Assembly (NCBI RefSeq): GCF_009914755.1
Contig: NC_060925.1
Reading direction: 5' to 3' (one strand)
Origin: the human T2T-CHM13v2.0 reference genome, Homo sapiens
Length of the DNA stretch: 64,000 nt
Position 1 is the first letter of the stretch; the number at the start of each line of letters is the position of its first letter. A program made the position numbers and the translations under genes. Below the pieces are notes generated by a model. The model searched no databases, was not told where the DNA came from, and saw nothing but the letters and a program-made list of their open reading frames with translations. Below are positions 18,119 through 35,170 of the stretch, piece by piece.

Positions 18119-18735
18119 GTGAGTGGTAGGGTCCCTGGGAAGGGAGGGCAATTGGGTGGGGCTGGGCTAGCTGGGTCCTGATCACTGGGTGGGCTGTTCA
18201 GATTCTGCTGTCTTTGGGGAATAAAAAGAAAAGAGCGCTCTGTTATGATTTACAAATGCAGCATATTTGGTTGGAAATGGCCCTTTAGTGGCGAGGAGGC
18301 TGGCAACCCTGAGCCAGGGCAGTCTTGGCTGCATGAAGGGCACATTTACTAGGGAGGTGAGGCCACATCGGCTTCATTAGCAGGGACGGTAAGAGAGCCT
18401 GGAGTGTCCCTACATCTGCCACAGGGAGCTGGAGAAGAAAGTCCCTGCCATTATGGGCTCCAGACAGAGACGTGGGGACAGTGGAGACAGCACCAGGGAG
18501 AAGAGTTTTGGTGTCATACATGAGTTGAGAGGAAACTACTGTTGGTTTTCCATTGTAATGATAGAAAGGAAGTGTCAGAAAAGTGGACAAAACTTTGTTA
18601 TGTGTGAGAGTTACATTTTATATTATTTAAATGAATTTTTAACTCCACCTCAATTATAACCAGATCCTGTCTGGCTTGTTTTTTCTTCTTCAGGATTAGC
18701 TTCTCTGTAGGTCAGAGAGCTCTTGCTCCCTTCCT

Positions 18736-18772
<37 letters not shown>

Positions 18773-19319
18773 GAGTCTTTCTTCATCTTCCTGCTGGCTG
18801 TGCTCACCATCCAGTTTCTAGGGCAGATCCTCCCTGGCAGCCTGAGGGCTGAGCCTTGTTTCTTCTTCCAGGAAGTGGGGTCTGTCAGGGCTGACTATTC
18901 AACCCTCAGCTAACCAGAAGTCCCTGCTCTGCTCAGCCACTCAAGGTGCCTGCTTCTCCTTCCCAGGAGAGGGCCAAGCCTACCCGCCACCCTGTATCTG
19001 ATCCTGTACCTTCTGCCTTCACCTTGTGACTGTGAACAGTTCTTGTTCCTGTTAGGTCCGGTGCTCCTCTTGGACCAGATTTTCTCTCCACTTGGCTACT
19101 TCAGTGACATCTCCCTACAAGTTCTTCTTTCCAGTATTCTTATTTTTTTCCCAATCTTTATTGAAATATTTTCATTAGCATAAAAACGTAAAATAATCCT
19201 ACAAATTCACACTCCCTCCAGTACTGTCCCATTTTTCTTCACCATTTTGTAGCAATTTTTCTTGAAATAATTATCTATATTTCCTAGTTCCAACCCACTC
19301 CTTTCCTGCCTTTGTCTCT

Positions 19320-20030
19320 TTTATAAATAGCGATAGATCTAATTCACATACCATAAATTCATGAATGTAAAGGGTACGATGCAGTTCTTTTCAGTATATT
19401 TGCAAGGTTGTACAATCATGAGCACTATTTAATTTCAGACACTTTCATCACCCCCAAAAGAACCCCATACCCATTAGTGGTCACTTTCCCTTTCCCTCTC
19501 CTATGCCACCTGGCAACCATTAATCTACTTTTTGTGTCTGTGGATTTGCCTTTGATGGACACTTCATATAAACAGAATCATACAATGTGTGACCTTTTGT
19601 GTCTGGCTTCTCTCACTTATCCTAATATTCTTAAGATTTATTCATGTTGTAGCATGTATCAGTACTTCATTCCTTTTTGTGGATGAATAATATTCTATTG
19701 TGTGGATATACCACAACTTGTTTTTAAAATTTTTTTATTATTGTTTTGAATAAAGACGAGGTCTCATTAAATTGCCCAGGTTGGTCTCAAACTCCTGGGC
19801 TCAAGTGAACTCACCTTGGCCTCCCAAAATGCTGTGATTTCAGGCATGAGCCAACACAACCAGCCTACAACTGTTTATTCATTGATCAGTTGGCAGAATC
19901 TGGATTGTATCTGATTTTAGGCTCTGATATGAACATTCATGTACATGTACATTTTGTGTAGATGTGTGTTTTATTTGTTTTCACTTCTCTTAGATATATA
20001 CCAAGGAATAGAATTGCTGGGTCATATAGT
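19320..20030 (-). mobile_element. L1MB-type 3' fragment with Alu monomer (~19728-19865)
   Basis: ggcaaccattaatctactttttgtgtctgtggatttgcct is typical of L1MB antisense sequence. Confidence 0.7.
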
Positions 20031-20586
20031 CATCATCACTCTCTTGCAGTATTGCAGTAGCCTCACAGTCTTCTTGCTTCTATTTTTAGCCTCTTAAGTT
20101 TATTCTCAAAATAGCATCTAGAGTAATTCTTAGAAAACTGTAGGTTATATCATATTACTTACTCCTTAGCCCACGGCTATAACCTACATGTAGGTTATAT
20201 TGTATTACCCTCTCCTTAGCTCATGGCTATAACCTACATGATTCCTTCCATGGCTTCCATTTTACCTGCAAGGCCCTGCACCATCTAACCAGATCTCCCA
20301 CCTTCTCTGCCTTTATTCCACCCTGCTATTCTTTCAGCAGACAAGGCATGTTTCTGCCTGAGGGCCTTTGCTTCTATCTGGAATTCCCTTTCTCCAGGTA
20401 TTTGCTTGTCTCATTTCCTGACTTTCTGCAGGTTTTTGTACAAATGTTATCTTAGCGGAGTCTACCCTGACCATCCTATTTAAAACTGCAACCTCCTCCT
20501 GGTGCCCTTCTCCCTCCTCCTTGAATGTTCATTCACAGCACTTATTACAGAAATGTGAATCAGGGTGTACTTAGTCTGGATTGTTC

Positions 20587-21760
20587 ACCTAAGACCTGAA
20601 ACTATAAAAATTCTAGAAGATAACATTGAAAAAACCCTTGTAGACATTGGCTTAGGCAAGGATTTTATGATCAAGAACCCAAAAGCAAATGCAATAAAAA
20701 CGAAGATAAATAGCTGGGACCTAATTAAACTAAAGAGCTTTTGCATGGCAAAAGGAACAGTCAGCAGAATAAATAGACAACCCAGACAGTGGAAGAAAAA
20801 TCTTCACAATCTATACATCTGACAAAGGACTACTATCCAGAATCTACAACGAACTCAAAAAAATCAGTAAGAAAAAAACCAAACAAAAACCATCAAAAAG
20901 TGGTCTAAGGAAATGAATGAGCAATTCTCAAAAGAAGACATATAAATGGCCAACAAACATATGAAAAAATGCTTAACATCACTAATGATCAGGGAAATGC
21001 AAATCAAAACCACAGTGCAATACCACCTTACTCCTGCAAGAATGGCAATAATCGAAAAAAAAAAAAAACAGTAGATGTTGACATGGATATGGTGAACAGG
21101 GAATACTTCTACACTGCTGATGGTAATGTAAACTAGTAGAGCCACTATGGAAAACAGTGTGGAGATTCCTTAAAGATCTAAAAGTAGAATTACCATTTGA
21201 TCCGGCAATCCCACTACTGGGTATCTACCCAGAGGAAAAGAAGTCATTATTTGAAAAAGATACTTGCACACTCATGTTTATAGCAGCACAATTCACAATT
21301 GCAAAATCATGGAACCAACCCAAATGCCCATCAACTAATGAGTGGACAAAGAAACTGTGGTATATATATATGATGGAATAGTACACAGCCATAAAAAGGA
21401 ATGAATTAACAGCATTTGCAGTGACCTGGATGAGATTGGAGACTATTATTCTAAGTGAAGTAACTCAGGAATGGAAAACCAAACATCGTATGTTCTCACT
21501 GATATGTGGGAGCTAAGCTATGAGGACAGAAAGGCATAATAATGATAACAATGGACTTTGGGGACTTGGAGGGAAGATTGGAAGGAGGGTGAGGGATAAA
21601 AGACTACAAATATGGTTCAGTGTAGACTGCTTGGGTGATGGGTGCACCAAAATCTCACAAATCACCGCTAAAGAACTTACTCATGTAACCAAATACCACT
21701 TGTATCCCAATAACTTATGGAAAACAAACAAACAAACATATAAACAAAAAACCCCAAAAA
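20587..21760 (+). mobile_element. L1PB-type 3' fragment
   Basis: ORF2 C-terminal peptides; L1PB 3'UTR (gggtgcaccaaaatctcacaaatcacc); A-rich tail. Confidence 0.85.
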
Positions 21761-23964
21761 CAAATGGGCCAATGAGGACTCAAAGAGTAAGCTATACATC
21801 CTAGTATGTAGATACCATTGTTATTCTCAGGAAACTGGAATAGTGATGAGTCAATGAACTCATCCAAGACTCAATTCAGTGATAGAGCTGGGATTCAGAC
21901 TAAAATCCTGGCTCCTCACCACTACATTATACTGGTTAAATCAATTATAGTCTTTCCACATGATAGTGTACTGTTTAGGTAATAAAAAGGATAAATTACA
22001 TTCTAATATGTAATTCACATTTTAATATGTAATTATGTAAATGGGAATGTGTCTGTGAAATATTGTGTGCTATGGAGCATCATGTATAGTATTATCCTGG
22101 TATTATAAATATATAGTCACATCTGTTTTCTTGGGCATAAAGCAAGTCTAAAAGTTGTGAAACAGTCCACAGTGGCTATTTTCTGGGATCTGTCTCTTTC
22201 TCTGTATCATTAGATTGTCTGTAACACTTAGAAAAAAGATCATCTATTAAAATTTTTGGGAAAGGCAGTGACAGGATCATAGTTGTGCTTCAGAAAGATT
22301 AAGTCACATGCACGACAACAGGAAGATGATCATCTTGGAAACCAGTGAAAGTGTTTATTCTAACTTTCACTTCCTATTGTGTTGAAATGACCCATTCACA
22401 GTCTTTACTGAAATCACTCCAAAACATCTCTGGACCTGTCTAAACAATACCAGCAAAGTGGAAAATGTGGTCTAGCTGATCCAAATGGGAAATCCCCATG
22501 AATGGCTCATAAGCCTGGCTGTACATCAGACCACCTGTGGAGCTCTTAAAAACGAATGCCTGGGCCCTGTCCCCAAACTAGGTATCATCTGTAATTTTTT
22601 TAAATGTCAAAAGGTAATTCTGACACATAATCAAGATTGAGAAGTGAAAACACTGGCCTATTGGAGTATTTGTGAAATTCAAATGGTCACATTCTTGGCA
22701 AGGAGAAGTTTGTCTTCCAAGGTGGTCCTTAGTGTGTCCTCTGTGTATAGAACAGTAAATGTTCTATGAATGAAGGACAGAATGAATGATGAGAGCCCAC
22801 AGATTGGCATTTCTGTGATGTATTCACCATAACTGAAAGTCTGAGCCTCAGACTGTGAGCCTGATCCCCAGAAGCTGTATCTCATCTATTCTCTAGAATT
22901 GACGTAACTTGTAGAAACAAAATCTTGCTAACAAATGTCATAAGACACTGGTTGACAAAACCACATTGCTTATTTATTAATTTACAGTAAGAAGTATACT
23001 TGTCAACTGGGTAGAAAGAAATTCTCATTAGCCTGACCAGAATGTCCTGTTCCCAAAGGCAGGCCATATGGGAAACCAAGACATCGACGGGCTACTTGGG
23101 GAGTTGTGAGTCAGGGCAGGTGAGCAGATGCAGCTGGTGTTGACTCCATTAGCTTTCTAGAGTCTGAGCTCTCCATTCCATAGTAGGATTTACCTGCCTG
23201 GGGCCTGGAATTCTCCTTCAGCTATCTCTACCATTCACCTTTCTTTATGCTCCATTTCTTACTAATCTCCTACCCTGACCCTGAGATCAATATATTGTTT
23301 ATTTGGTCATGTTTATCTGTGAGACTGAGTTGTGCCCTGTTGTGTGAGCTGGAATCTCCATACCTATTCTGTGATCAAGTAGGTGGCTTTATATTTACTT
23401 TCCAGAAACAAAAAAACCTACACACTTTATCTCCCCTATTTCCAAGTTCTAGCAGAGGTTGTAGAGGGAGGGGACATCCATCAACACGCTGCATCCCACC
23501 AACTGAACCGCCAAACTGCACTCGTAAACTGACTCAGTGAGAAAAACTGGACTGGTGAATGGGATTCTGTAGCTCACAATGTTGGAATCTTCACCTAATT
23601 TATCACTTAGCCTTTCAGCAAGATCCTTTCATATTTAAGACAGCAAAACGAAAACAACAAAACTCTAGAAAAATGTAATATATAATGTCTGTTCAAGTTA
23701 AGAATAATCATGAAATGACAAATTTCTAGGAAAATATATATCACTAAAATTGATTTACCTCACAAAAACAACATAGAAAGTGTAAAACTTATGTAAGTAT
23801 CCTATTACTGGTGCATTGCTTCAAACCTTTAAAGAATTGGTAGTTTCTGTTCTAACAAATATGTTTTAAAGCTTGTCAGAAGAAGATAGGTTTCTTTGTG
23901 TCTTGGAAAACCTGAGATATCCCCAAAAAAATGAAATAAAGTCCCATCAAATTTTCTGGGTCAT

Positions 23965-24323
23965 TGTGCCCAGATTTATGGTCAAACATTATTCTAGATG
24001 TTTCTGTGTGGATGTCTGGGGATGAGGTTAGCATTTAAATCAGTGGACTTTGAATAGAACAGATTGCCCTCCGTAATACTGGGAGGTTTCATTCAGTCAA
24101 ATGAAGCCCTTGATAGAACAAAAGGCTGACAACCCTGAGCAAGAAAACTTCTCTAGGAGTTTGCCTTCTGACTTCATCTGCAACATCACCTCTTCCTGGC
24201 TTTCTAGCACACTCTGCCTTTAGACTCAAACTTCCAGTATTTCTTGACTCTCCAGCCTCGTGGCCTCCCACAACATATTTTGAACTCACCAAGCATCCAT
24301 AATCACATGAGCTAATACATAGA

Positions 24324-24366
<43 letters not shown>

Positions 24367-24400
24367 CTATTTGTTCTGTTTCATTGGAAGAAAATTCACT
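23965..24400 (+). mobile_element. MLT2 LTR with (TG)n at ~24327-24362
   Basis: ggtcaaacattattctagatgtttctgtg...cattcagtcaaatgaagcccttgatagaacaaaaggctga. Confidence 0.7.
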
Positions 24401-24813
24401 AGGAGTCCAACTTCCTCCTGCACTTCTAGGACCCCTACCAAGTGGTTGTGCCTCTGTGTACACTACACCAGTGACAGGAACCTCACTGTTTCCCAAAGCT
24501 TTTATTTATTTATTTTTTATTTTTTGGATGACTCAGACTACAGAAAACTGTCTTTAATATGAGTCAAAACCTTCCTCCCTCTATCTTCTTCTGATACTAG
24601 TTTCCAACTGGAGGTTACTCCTTACAAATAAGACTCCTGATTCACTGAATGGCTCTTCAAGTGCTGTTCAGAGCAGAGCAGACATAAGTGCCTGGTATCA
24701 CCGTTCTTTTCTTGTTTGAAAACCCTGATTTCTCTCCTTCCACATAGTTTCCTGACACGTGTGCCAACTGTGGTTTCTCTGAATCTCCCAACCTTGTATG
24801 GTCCTAGCGGCTG

Positions 24814-25185
24814 TGATATGGTTTGGCTGTGTCCCCTCCCAAATCTCATCTTGAATTGTAGTTCTCATAAACCCCATGTGTCATGGGAGGGACCTGGTTC
24901 GAGGTAATTTAATCATAGGGGCAGTTACCCCCATGCTGTTCTCATGATAGTGAGTTCTCATGGAATCTGATGGTTTATAAGGGGATGTCCCCCCTTTGCT
25001 TGGCACTTCTCCTTCAAGCCACCCTGTGAAGAAGGTGTCTTTCTTTCCCTTAGTCTTCTACCATGATTGTAAGTTTCCTGAGGCTTTCCAGACATGTGGA
25101 ACTGTGAGTCAATTAAACCTTTTTTCTTTAAAAATTACCCAGACTAGGGTATTTCTTCATAGCAATGTGAGAATGAACTAATACA
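24814..25185 (+). mobile_element. THE1 solo LTR
   Basis: Ends tgatatggtttggctgtgtcccc...gaactaataca; near-TSD ggctg/tgctg. Confidence 0.9.
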
Positions 25186-25284
25186 TGCTGAGAAGGTTGA
25201 ATGTTTCCTGGAGATGGTGAGCACCAAAACACTGCATTCCCAATCTCCTGGGAAAGAAGTGTCTCCAGAGTTGGGCACACTCAC

Positions 25285-25582
25285 CTTGCTGGCAATTTGT
25301 TAAGCTCAACAGACTCTTCCAACATCTAAGGTGACAGTTTTCTGGTGTCTGAAGTTTCTGACCACATACAGAAGACCGGCATTGCACTGGCTCAGGCTCA
25401 GGCAGGCTCACAGCCAAGGTCCAGGGATTGGGGGCTGATCCTGGTGCCCCACTCTGCTCCAGCTTCTTGGGGAGGCCTTTGCTAACCCAGGTCACATTCA
25501 TATCCTCTGTGGTCCCTAGAGAATTGTCCTCCACTGTGATGTTGTACCAGCCTGCTGTGATGGATGATGACTCAGCCAGGAC
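25285..25582 (-). pseudogene. SLAM-like copy A: degenerate IgC2 exon
   Basis: VLAESSSITAGWYNITVEDNSLGTTEDMNVTWVSKGLPKKLEQSGAPGSAPNPWTLAVSLP aligns with the copy C exon. The first two Cys are lost, the first ~20 nt are deleted and a GAGCCT duplication shifts the frame. Donor CAAG|gtgagt is retained. Confidence 0.85.
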
Positions 25583-27846
25583 CTGGGAAAGAAGGGAACA
25601 AAAGAATTATTATTGCATTTGAGGAGCACATTCTTCATGTATTATCTCAATAGTTTTAGAGCTCCCTGCTAGGCAGACAGGGCATTTTGCAGCCAAAGAA
25701 ACTGAGACCTGGAGAAGTGAAATAGTTTGCTCGAAGTCATATACTGAAAAAATTCCAGATTTAGGGAAGGAAACATAGCTGAGCCTCTCAGCTCTTTCCA
25801 TCATCTGTACACCTTGCCCACACCACACAGTTGAATTCATATCTGTTTGTTCTCCACACTTATATTCAGACCCTTTATAAACCCTGAAGCACTTAGAGGG
25901 TACAATGAAGCCTTTTGCGAAATAGCTTCCACATGCAAAATCTGAAAAGCAGGTTCTGGAAACTATTGTAAGACTCTTAAGCTCTCATTCATATTGACAG
26001 CAGAAAAGGTTAAGATGTGAAGATAAGAGGAAGAGAATTAATTTGCAGAAAGCTATGCCATGAATCCCATTCCACCCATGGTTGCCTCCCCTCACCTCAA
26101 GCCTGGTGAGAGGGGCGTCAATGAGACCATTCAGAGAGTTTGATGCATGTGCATTTGACTCCTCAATGGGGATGCAGTTTCCCCACTGGCAGTCCTGACT
26201 CTGTGGCCATTGGCTGTTTCAGCAACATCTCCCTCTTTGTTTCTCAGGTGTGAGTCAGGCACCTGTGCAGTGCATCTCCAAGCTGTATCAAAGAACCAGG
26301 GACAAAAGAGAAAGAACAAATGGCCACTCTGAGAGTGCATTACATGTGAGAAGGTAGGTGACAGATCCTCAACATAGGGAAGGAGGGATAGCCAAGAAAC
26401 TTATAAAAATGCTACATGACAGAAAGGGTAAACCTAAACATTGTCAATCCTAGAGCATGAACTACTTGTTGACCAAAATAGGAATAGTCAAGGAAAGGCT
26501 TTCCTGTTGCCTCTTCCAAGAGTTGCAACAACTTCACATGAAGTCTGTTTAAACATTCTGATTTTCATCCAGGTTATGGAGTTTCAGACATTTTCTTCTC
26601 CACCCACTAGGCATTTTACACAGTCATGTGTCTATAATCTTGAGTCCTCACTCTGTGTTGAGCCCATATACCCGGGCCTTATTGTGAGAAAACTGAGAAA
26701 ACATCAATCACCCTCAGCATTTGGAGGACTGGTTTCTTATTGTCATCTTTGCCCTCTGGCTTTTAAAATTTCAGCACAGTACAGATAGCCAAGATGGCCG
26801 AATAGGAACAGCTCCAGTCTACAGCTCCAAGCATGAGTGGCGCAGAAGATGGGTGATTTCTGCATTTCCAACTGAGGTACTGGGTTCATCTCACTGGGGA
26901 GTGCTGGACAGTGGGTGCAGGACAGTGGGGGCAGCACACTGTGCATGAGCTGAAGTAGGGTGAAGCATCACCTCACCCGGGAAGCACAAGGGGTCAGGGA
27001 ATTCCCTTTCCTAGTCAAAGAAAGGGGTGACAGATGGCACCTGGAAAATCGGGTCACTCCCATCCTAATACTGTGCTTTTCCAATGGGCTTATCAAATGG
27101 CACACCAGGAGATTATATCCTGCACCTGGCTCAGAGGGTCCTATGCCCACAGAGCCTCGCTCTTTGCTAGCACAGCAGTCTGAGATCAAACTGCAAGGTG
27201 GTTTGTGCTAGCTCATTGCTAGCACAGCAGTCTGAGATCAAACTGCAGCGAGGCTGGGGGAGGGGCACCCGCCATTGCTCAGGCTTGAGTAGGTAGACAA
27301 AGCAGCTGGGAAGCTCAAACTGGGTGGAGCCCACCACAGCTCAAGGAGGCCTGCCTGCCTCTGTAGGCTCCACCTCTGGGGGCAGGGCACAGACAAAAAA
27401 AAGCAATAACCTCTGCAGACTTAAATGTCCTTGTCTGACAGCTTTGAAGAGAGCAGTGGTTCTCCCAGCATGTAGCTGGAGATCTGAGAATGGGCAGACT
27501 GCCTCCTCAAGTGGGTCCCTGACCCCCGAGTAGCCTAACTGGGAGGCACCCCCCAGTAGGGGCGGACTGACACCTCACACAGCCGGGTACTCCTCTGAGA
27601 CAAAACTTCCAGAGGAACGATCAGACAGCAGCATTTGTGGTTCACCAATATGCGCTGTTCTGCAGCCACCACTGCTGATACCCAGGCAAACAGGGTCTAG
27701 AGTGGACCTACAGTAAACTCCAACAGACCTGCAGCTGAGGGTCCTGACTGTTAGAAGGAAAACTAACAAACAGAAACGACATCCACACCAAAAACCTATC
27801 TGTATGTCACCATCATCAAAGACAAAAGGTAGATAAAACCACAAAG

Positions 27847-28856
27847 ATGGGGAAAAAACAGAGCAGAAAAACTGGAAACTCTAAAAATCAGAGTGCCTCT
27901 CCTCCTCCAAAGGAATGCAGCTCCTCACCAGCAATGGAACAAAGCTGGATGGAGAATGACTTTGACAAGTTGACAGAGGAAGGCTTCAGAAGATCAAACA
28001 ACTCCAAGCTAAAGAAGGAAGTTCGAACCAATGGCAAAGAAGTTAAAAACTTTGAAAAAAAATTAGATGAATGGATAACTAGAATAACCAATGCAGAGAA
28101 GTCCTTAAAGGACCTGATGGAGCTGAAAACCACGGCACGAGAACTACATGACGAATGCACAAGCCTCAGTAACCAATGCAATCAACTGGAAGAAAGGTTA
28201 TCAGTGATGGAAGATGAAATGAATGAAATGAAACATGAAGAGAAGTTTAGAGAAAAAAGAATAAAAAGAAATGAACAAAGCCTCCAAGAAATATGGGACT
28301 ATGTGAAAAGACCAAATCTATGTCTAATTGGTGTACCTGAAAGTGACAGGGAGAATGGAAACAAGTTGGAAAACACTGCAGGATATTATCCAGGAGAATT
28401 TCCCCAATCTAGCAAGGCAGGCCAACATTCAAATTCGGGAAACACAGAGAACACCACAAAGATACTCCTCGAGAAGAGCAACTCCAAGACACATGATTGT
28501 CAGATTTACCAAAGTTGAAATGAAGGAAAAAATGTTAAGGGCAGCCAGAGAGAAAGGTCGGGTTACCTACAAAGGGAAGCCCATCAGACTAACTGCTGAT
28601 CTCTTGGCAGAAACTCTACAAGCCAGAAGAGAGTGGGGGCCAATATTCAACATTCTTAAAGAAAAGAATTTTCAACCCAGAATTTCGTATCCAGCCAAAC
28701 TAAGCTTCATAAGTGAAGGAGAAATAAAATACTTCACAGACAAGCAAATGCTGAGAGATTTTGTCACCACCAGGCCTGCCCTAAAAGAGCTCCTGAAGGA
28801 AGCACTAAACATGGAACAACCAGTACCAGCCACTGCAAAAACAAGCCAAATTGTAA
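27847..28856 (+). pseudogene. L1 ORF1p (frameshifted)
   Basis: MGKKQSRKTGNSK...; split over ORFs 27847-28518 and 28328-28912. Confidence 0.95.
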
Positions 28857-28919
28857 AGACCATCAAGGCTAGGAAGAAACTGCATCAACTAACGAGCAAA
28901 ATAACCAGCTAACATCATA

Positions 28920-32731
<3,812 letters not shown>

Positions 32732-33839
32732 ACAATGAGAACACATGGACACAGGAAGGGGAACATCACACACCAGGGACTGTTGTGGGGTGTGGGGAGG
32801 AGGGAGGGATAGCATTAGGAGATATACCTAATGCTAAATGACGAGTTAATGGGTGCAGCACACCAACATGACACATGTATACATATGTAACAAACCCGCA
32901 CGTTGTACACATGTACCCTAAAACTTAAAGTATAAAAAAAAATTTCAGCACAGTTGGGTGAATAAACAGATTAGTTTAGGGCCCTTCAATATTGGAGAGC
33001 TAGCAGTGACTCACATTGCTCCACCCAATGTCCAAACGTGCTGCATTAAGACCCTTATTTTAGCTCTATTAAAGTTCTCTTTCTTTTTCCCACTTCTTAA
33101 TAAACACTTAAAATTTTTAGCCTCCTAGATAGAGTCCCTCCATGTCGCTCAACTCTCTCATTTCTTTTCCCCATTCTCACTGAAATCACTCTAAGTCTCC
33201 TCATTGTCTGTTGTTCAGGCATAACTCTTCTACTTGGTAGTGGTCCCGAGGCTAGCAGCTGTAGCTCAGACTTTTAAGCCTGGCTCAGCACTAGGATCTA
33301 CTCCAGGTGCTTTACTTTACTTTTACTGTGACTTTTCCTACCAGGAGTGGCCCTGAGGCTACAGACTATAGCTTGGCCCTCTTAGAATCTCAGCTTCACT
33401 CAATATCAGAATCCACTCTAACATTCTCCTTTACTTTCAGTTGAGCTCTTACAGATGAAAATAACCAAGAGATTATATTTTTAGCCTTTTTCTTGGTACT
33501 TTTCATTTCCTTATGCATCCAGTGAGCCTCCAATTCATGAGCTGAATCCATCATTTCTAAATTCTACTACCAACTTTTACATCTAGTAAATAATCATAAC
33601 ATAGGTGCAGCTCCATACCATAGATAACCCTGTTTCCATGCAGGAACCAAAGGTTCATTATCCCTTACCCTCTCATTCTTCCTCCTCCCAGACTACACAT
33701 TTTTCTGTCAGGGTCATTCTAGTCAATCCACTTCTGATGCAAACGATGAGAGTTGGACCTGCTACAAACTTTGTGTAGTTAGGTTTTATGTTGGGGTCTA
33801 TCCAAGACTTCTCTTACTTCAACTGCAAGTTCAGAGAGT

Positions 33840-35170
33840 TCCCAAATCACCCTGAGGTTCAATAATTTGCTAAAGCGTTGCTAAGTACTTACTGAAGCTA
33901 CTGGACTCAAGGTTATGGTTGATTATTGGGAAAAATACAGATTAAAATCCGACATAGCAAGAAATTCATAAGTCAGAGTCCACAAAAAGTACCAAATGCA
34001 GAGTTTCCAGTTGTTCTCTTCTCATGGAGTCAGGACACTTTTCCTTTCCAAACATTGATGTATGATGATACTCTCAGAGTATTTCCAACCAAGGAAGCTC
34101 ACTCAGGCCTCAATGCTGAGACTTTTTGTTGGAGTTCCATCAGGTAGGCATGATAATTGACTTTCCAGGTGACAGGTATCAGTTTCCAGCTACTCCAGAG
34201 ATCAACTGATATTGCATAATTCAAACTCTTACTTTAAATCATGTTTTTTGGTCTTTCTGATATGATCAACCATACTTAATTCATGCTACCAGTGACCCAA
34301 AGCTCCTGGCAAACAGATGCTCCTATCAGGTGTGATGATCCAAGGAGTAAAAGATTGCTTCCCAGAAGCCAAGAGAAGAAGTCAGACCTCTCTTTGGGAA
34401 AGGTAAAAATCCTTTAAAACACACATCTGGAACCACCAAGTCTCCCAGGGATTGCTGAGGGGCTTGGTGTACAGGGCATAACTTTATCACTCAGCCAGGA
34501 AGTTGACTACTTTGTCTTAGTGTCACTTCCTGCTTGTGCAGAGCTTCAAGGTCAGAGATGATGAGAGGTTAGGGTCTTCTCAGATTTTTCCTAGGCAGGC
34601 GTACAGACCTAAAAATGCATACAATCCCACAATTGCATATGACCGTCTATGGACATCTCATTCCTTAGCTTTTCCTGTTAAGATATGTGGTGAGTCTATT
34701 GTTTGCATCAACAGTTATTCTCAGCTTCAGGAAGCCAAAAAGTTTAACAATTGCCTGTAATTGCTTTCATCAAGTGCCCCACAGGTAAAGGGCTATTAGA
34801 AGTAAGAGGGCTCTCAGTCAGGTGAAACACACATATACTTGGAAGTGGGGTCTTCCAAGGTACCACAAGACAGGTGAAATAATAACAATTCATTGGGAAT
34901 GAGACTTAGAGAGAGCTCCAGCTCCATTCTGCTCCCTCAGGTGCATGCTAGACTTCTGGCTTCATCATGAAAGCAAGCTGTTACTTCTGAAGGCTACAGT
35001 GGAGTTGCAGAGTGATGCTGTGACTAGGGAAAGTTAGAACACTACATAATGTCCAGTTCTCAGGTTCCTGCAAGTCATTGGTTAATTGTCAGAGCTTTGA
35101 AAATGTTCTCTATAAAATCAGTAGGTACTCTTGCTCTCTTGCTGTTTTTAAGAAAAAGAGAATTTTCAAA
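33840..35170 (-). mobile_element. MER21-like LTR plus L1M fragment (paralogous to 7105-9620)
   Basis: Direct similarity to 7105-7470 and 8815-9620, including the junction between them. Confidence 0.5.

Noticed and set aside
22882-23079. Apparently conserved small protein shared with ORF 45368-45550
   Set aside because: Explained by the inverted duplication. The starts are not ATG, there is no exon structure, and flanking non-coding DNA is similarly conserved.
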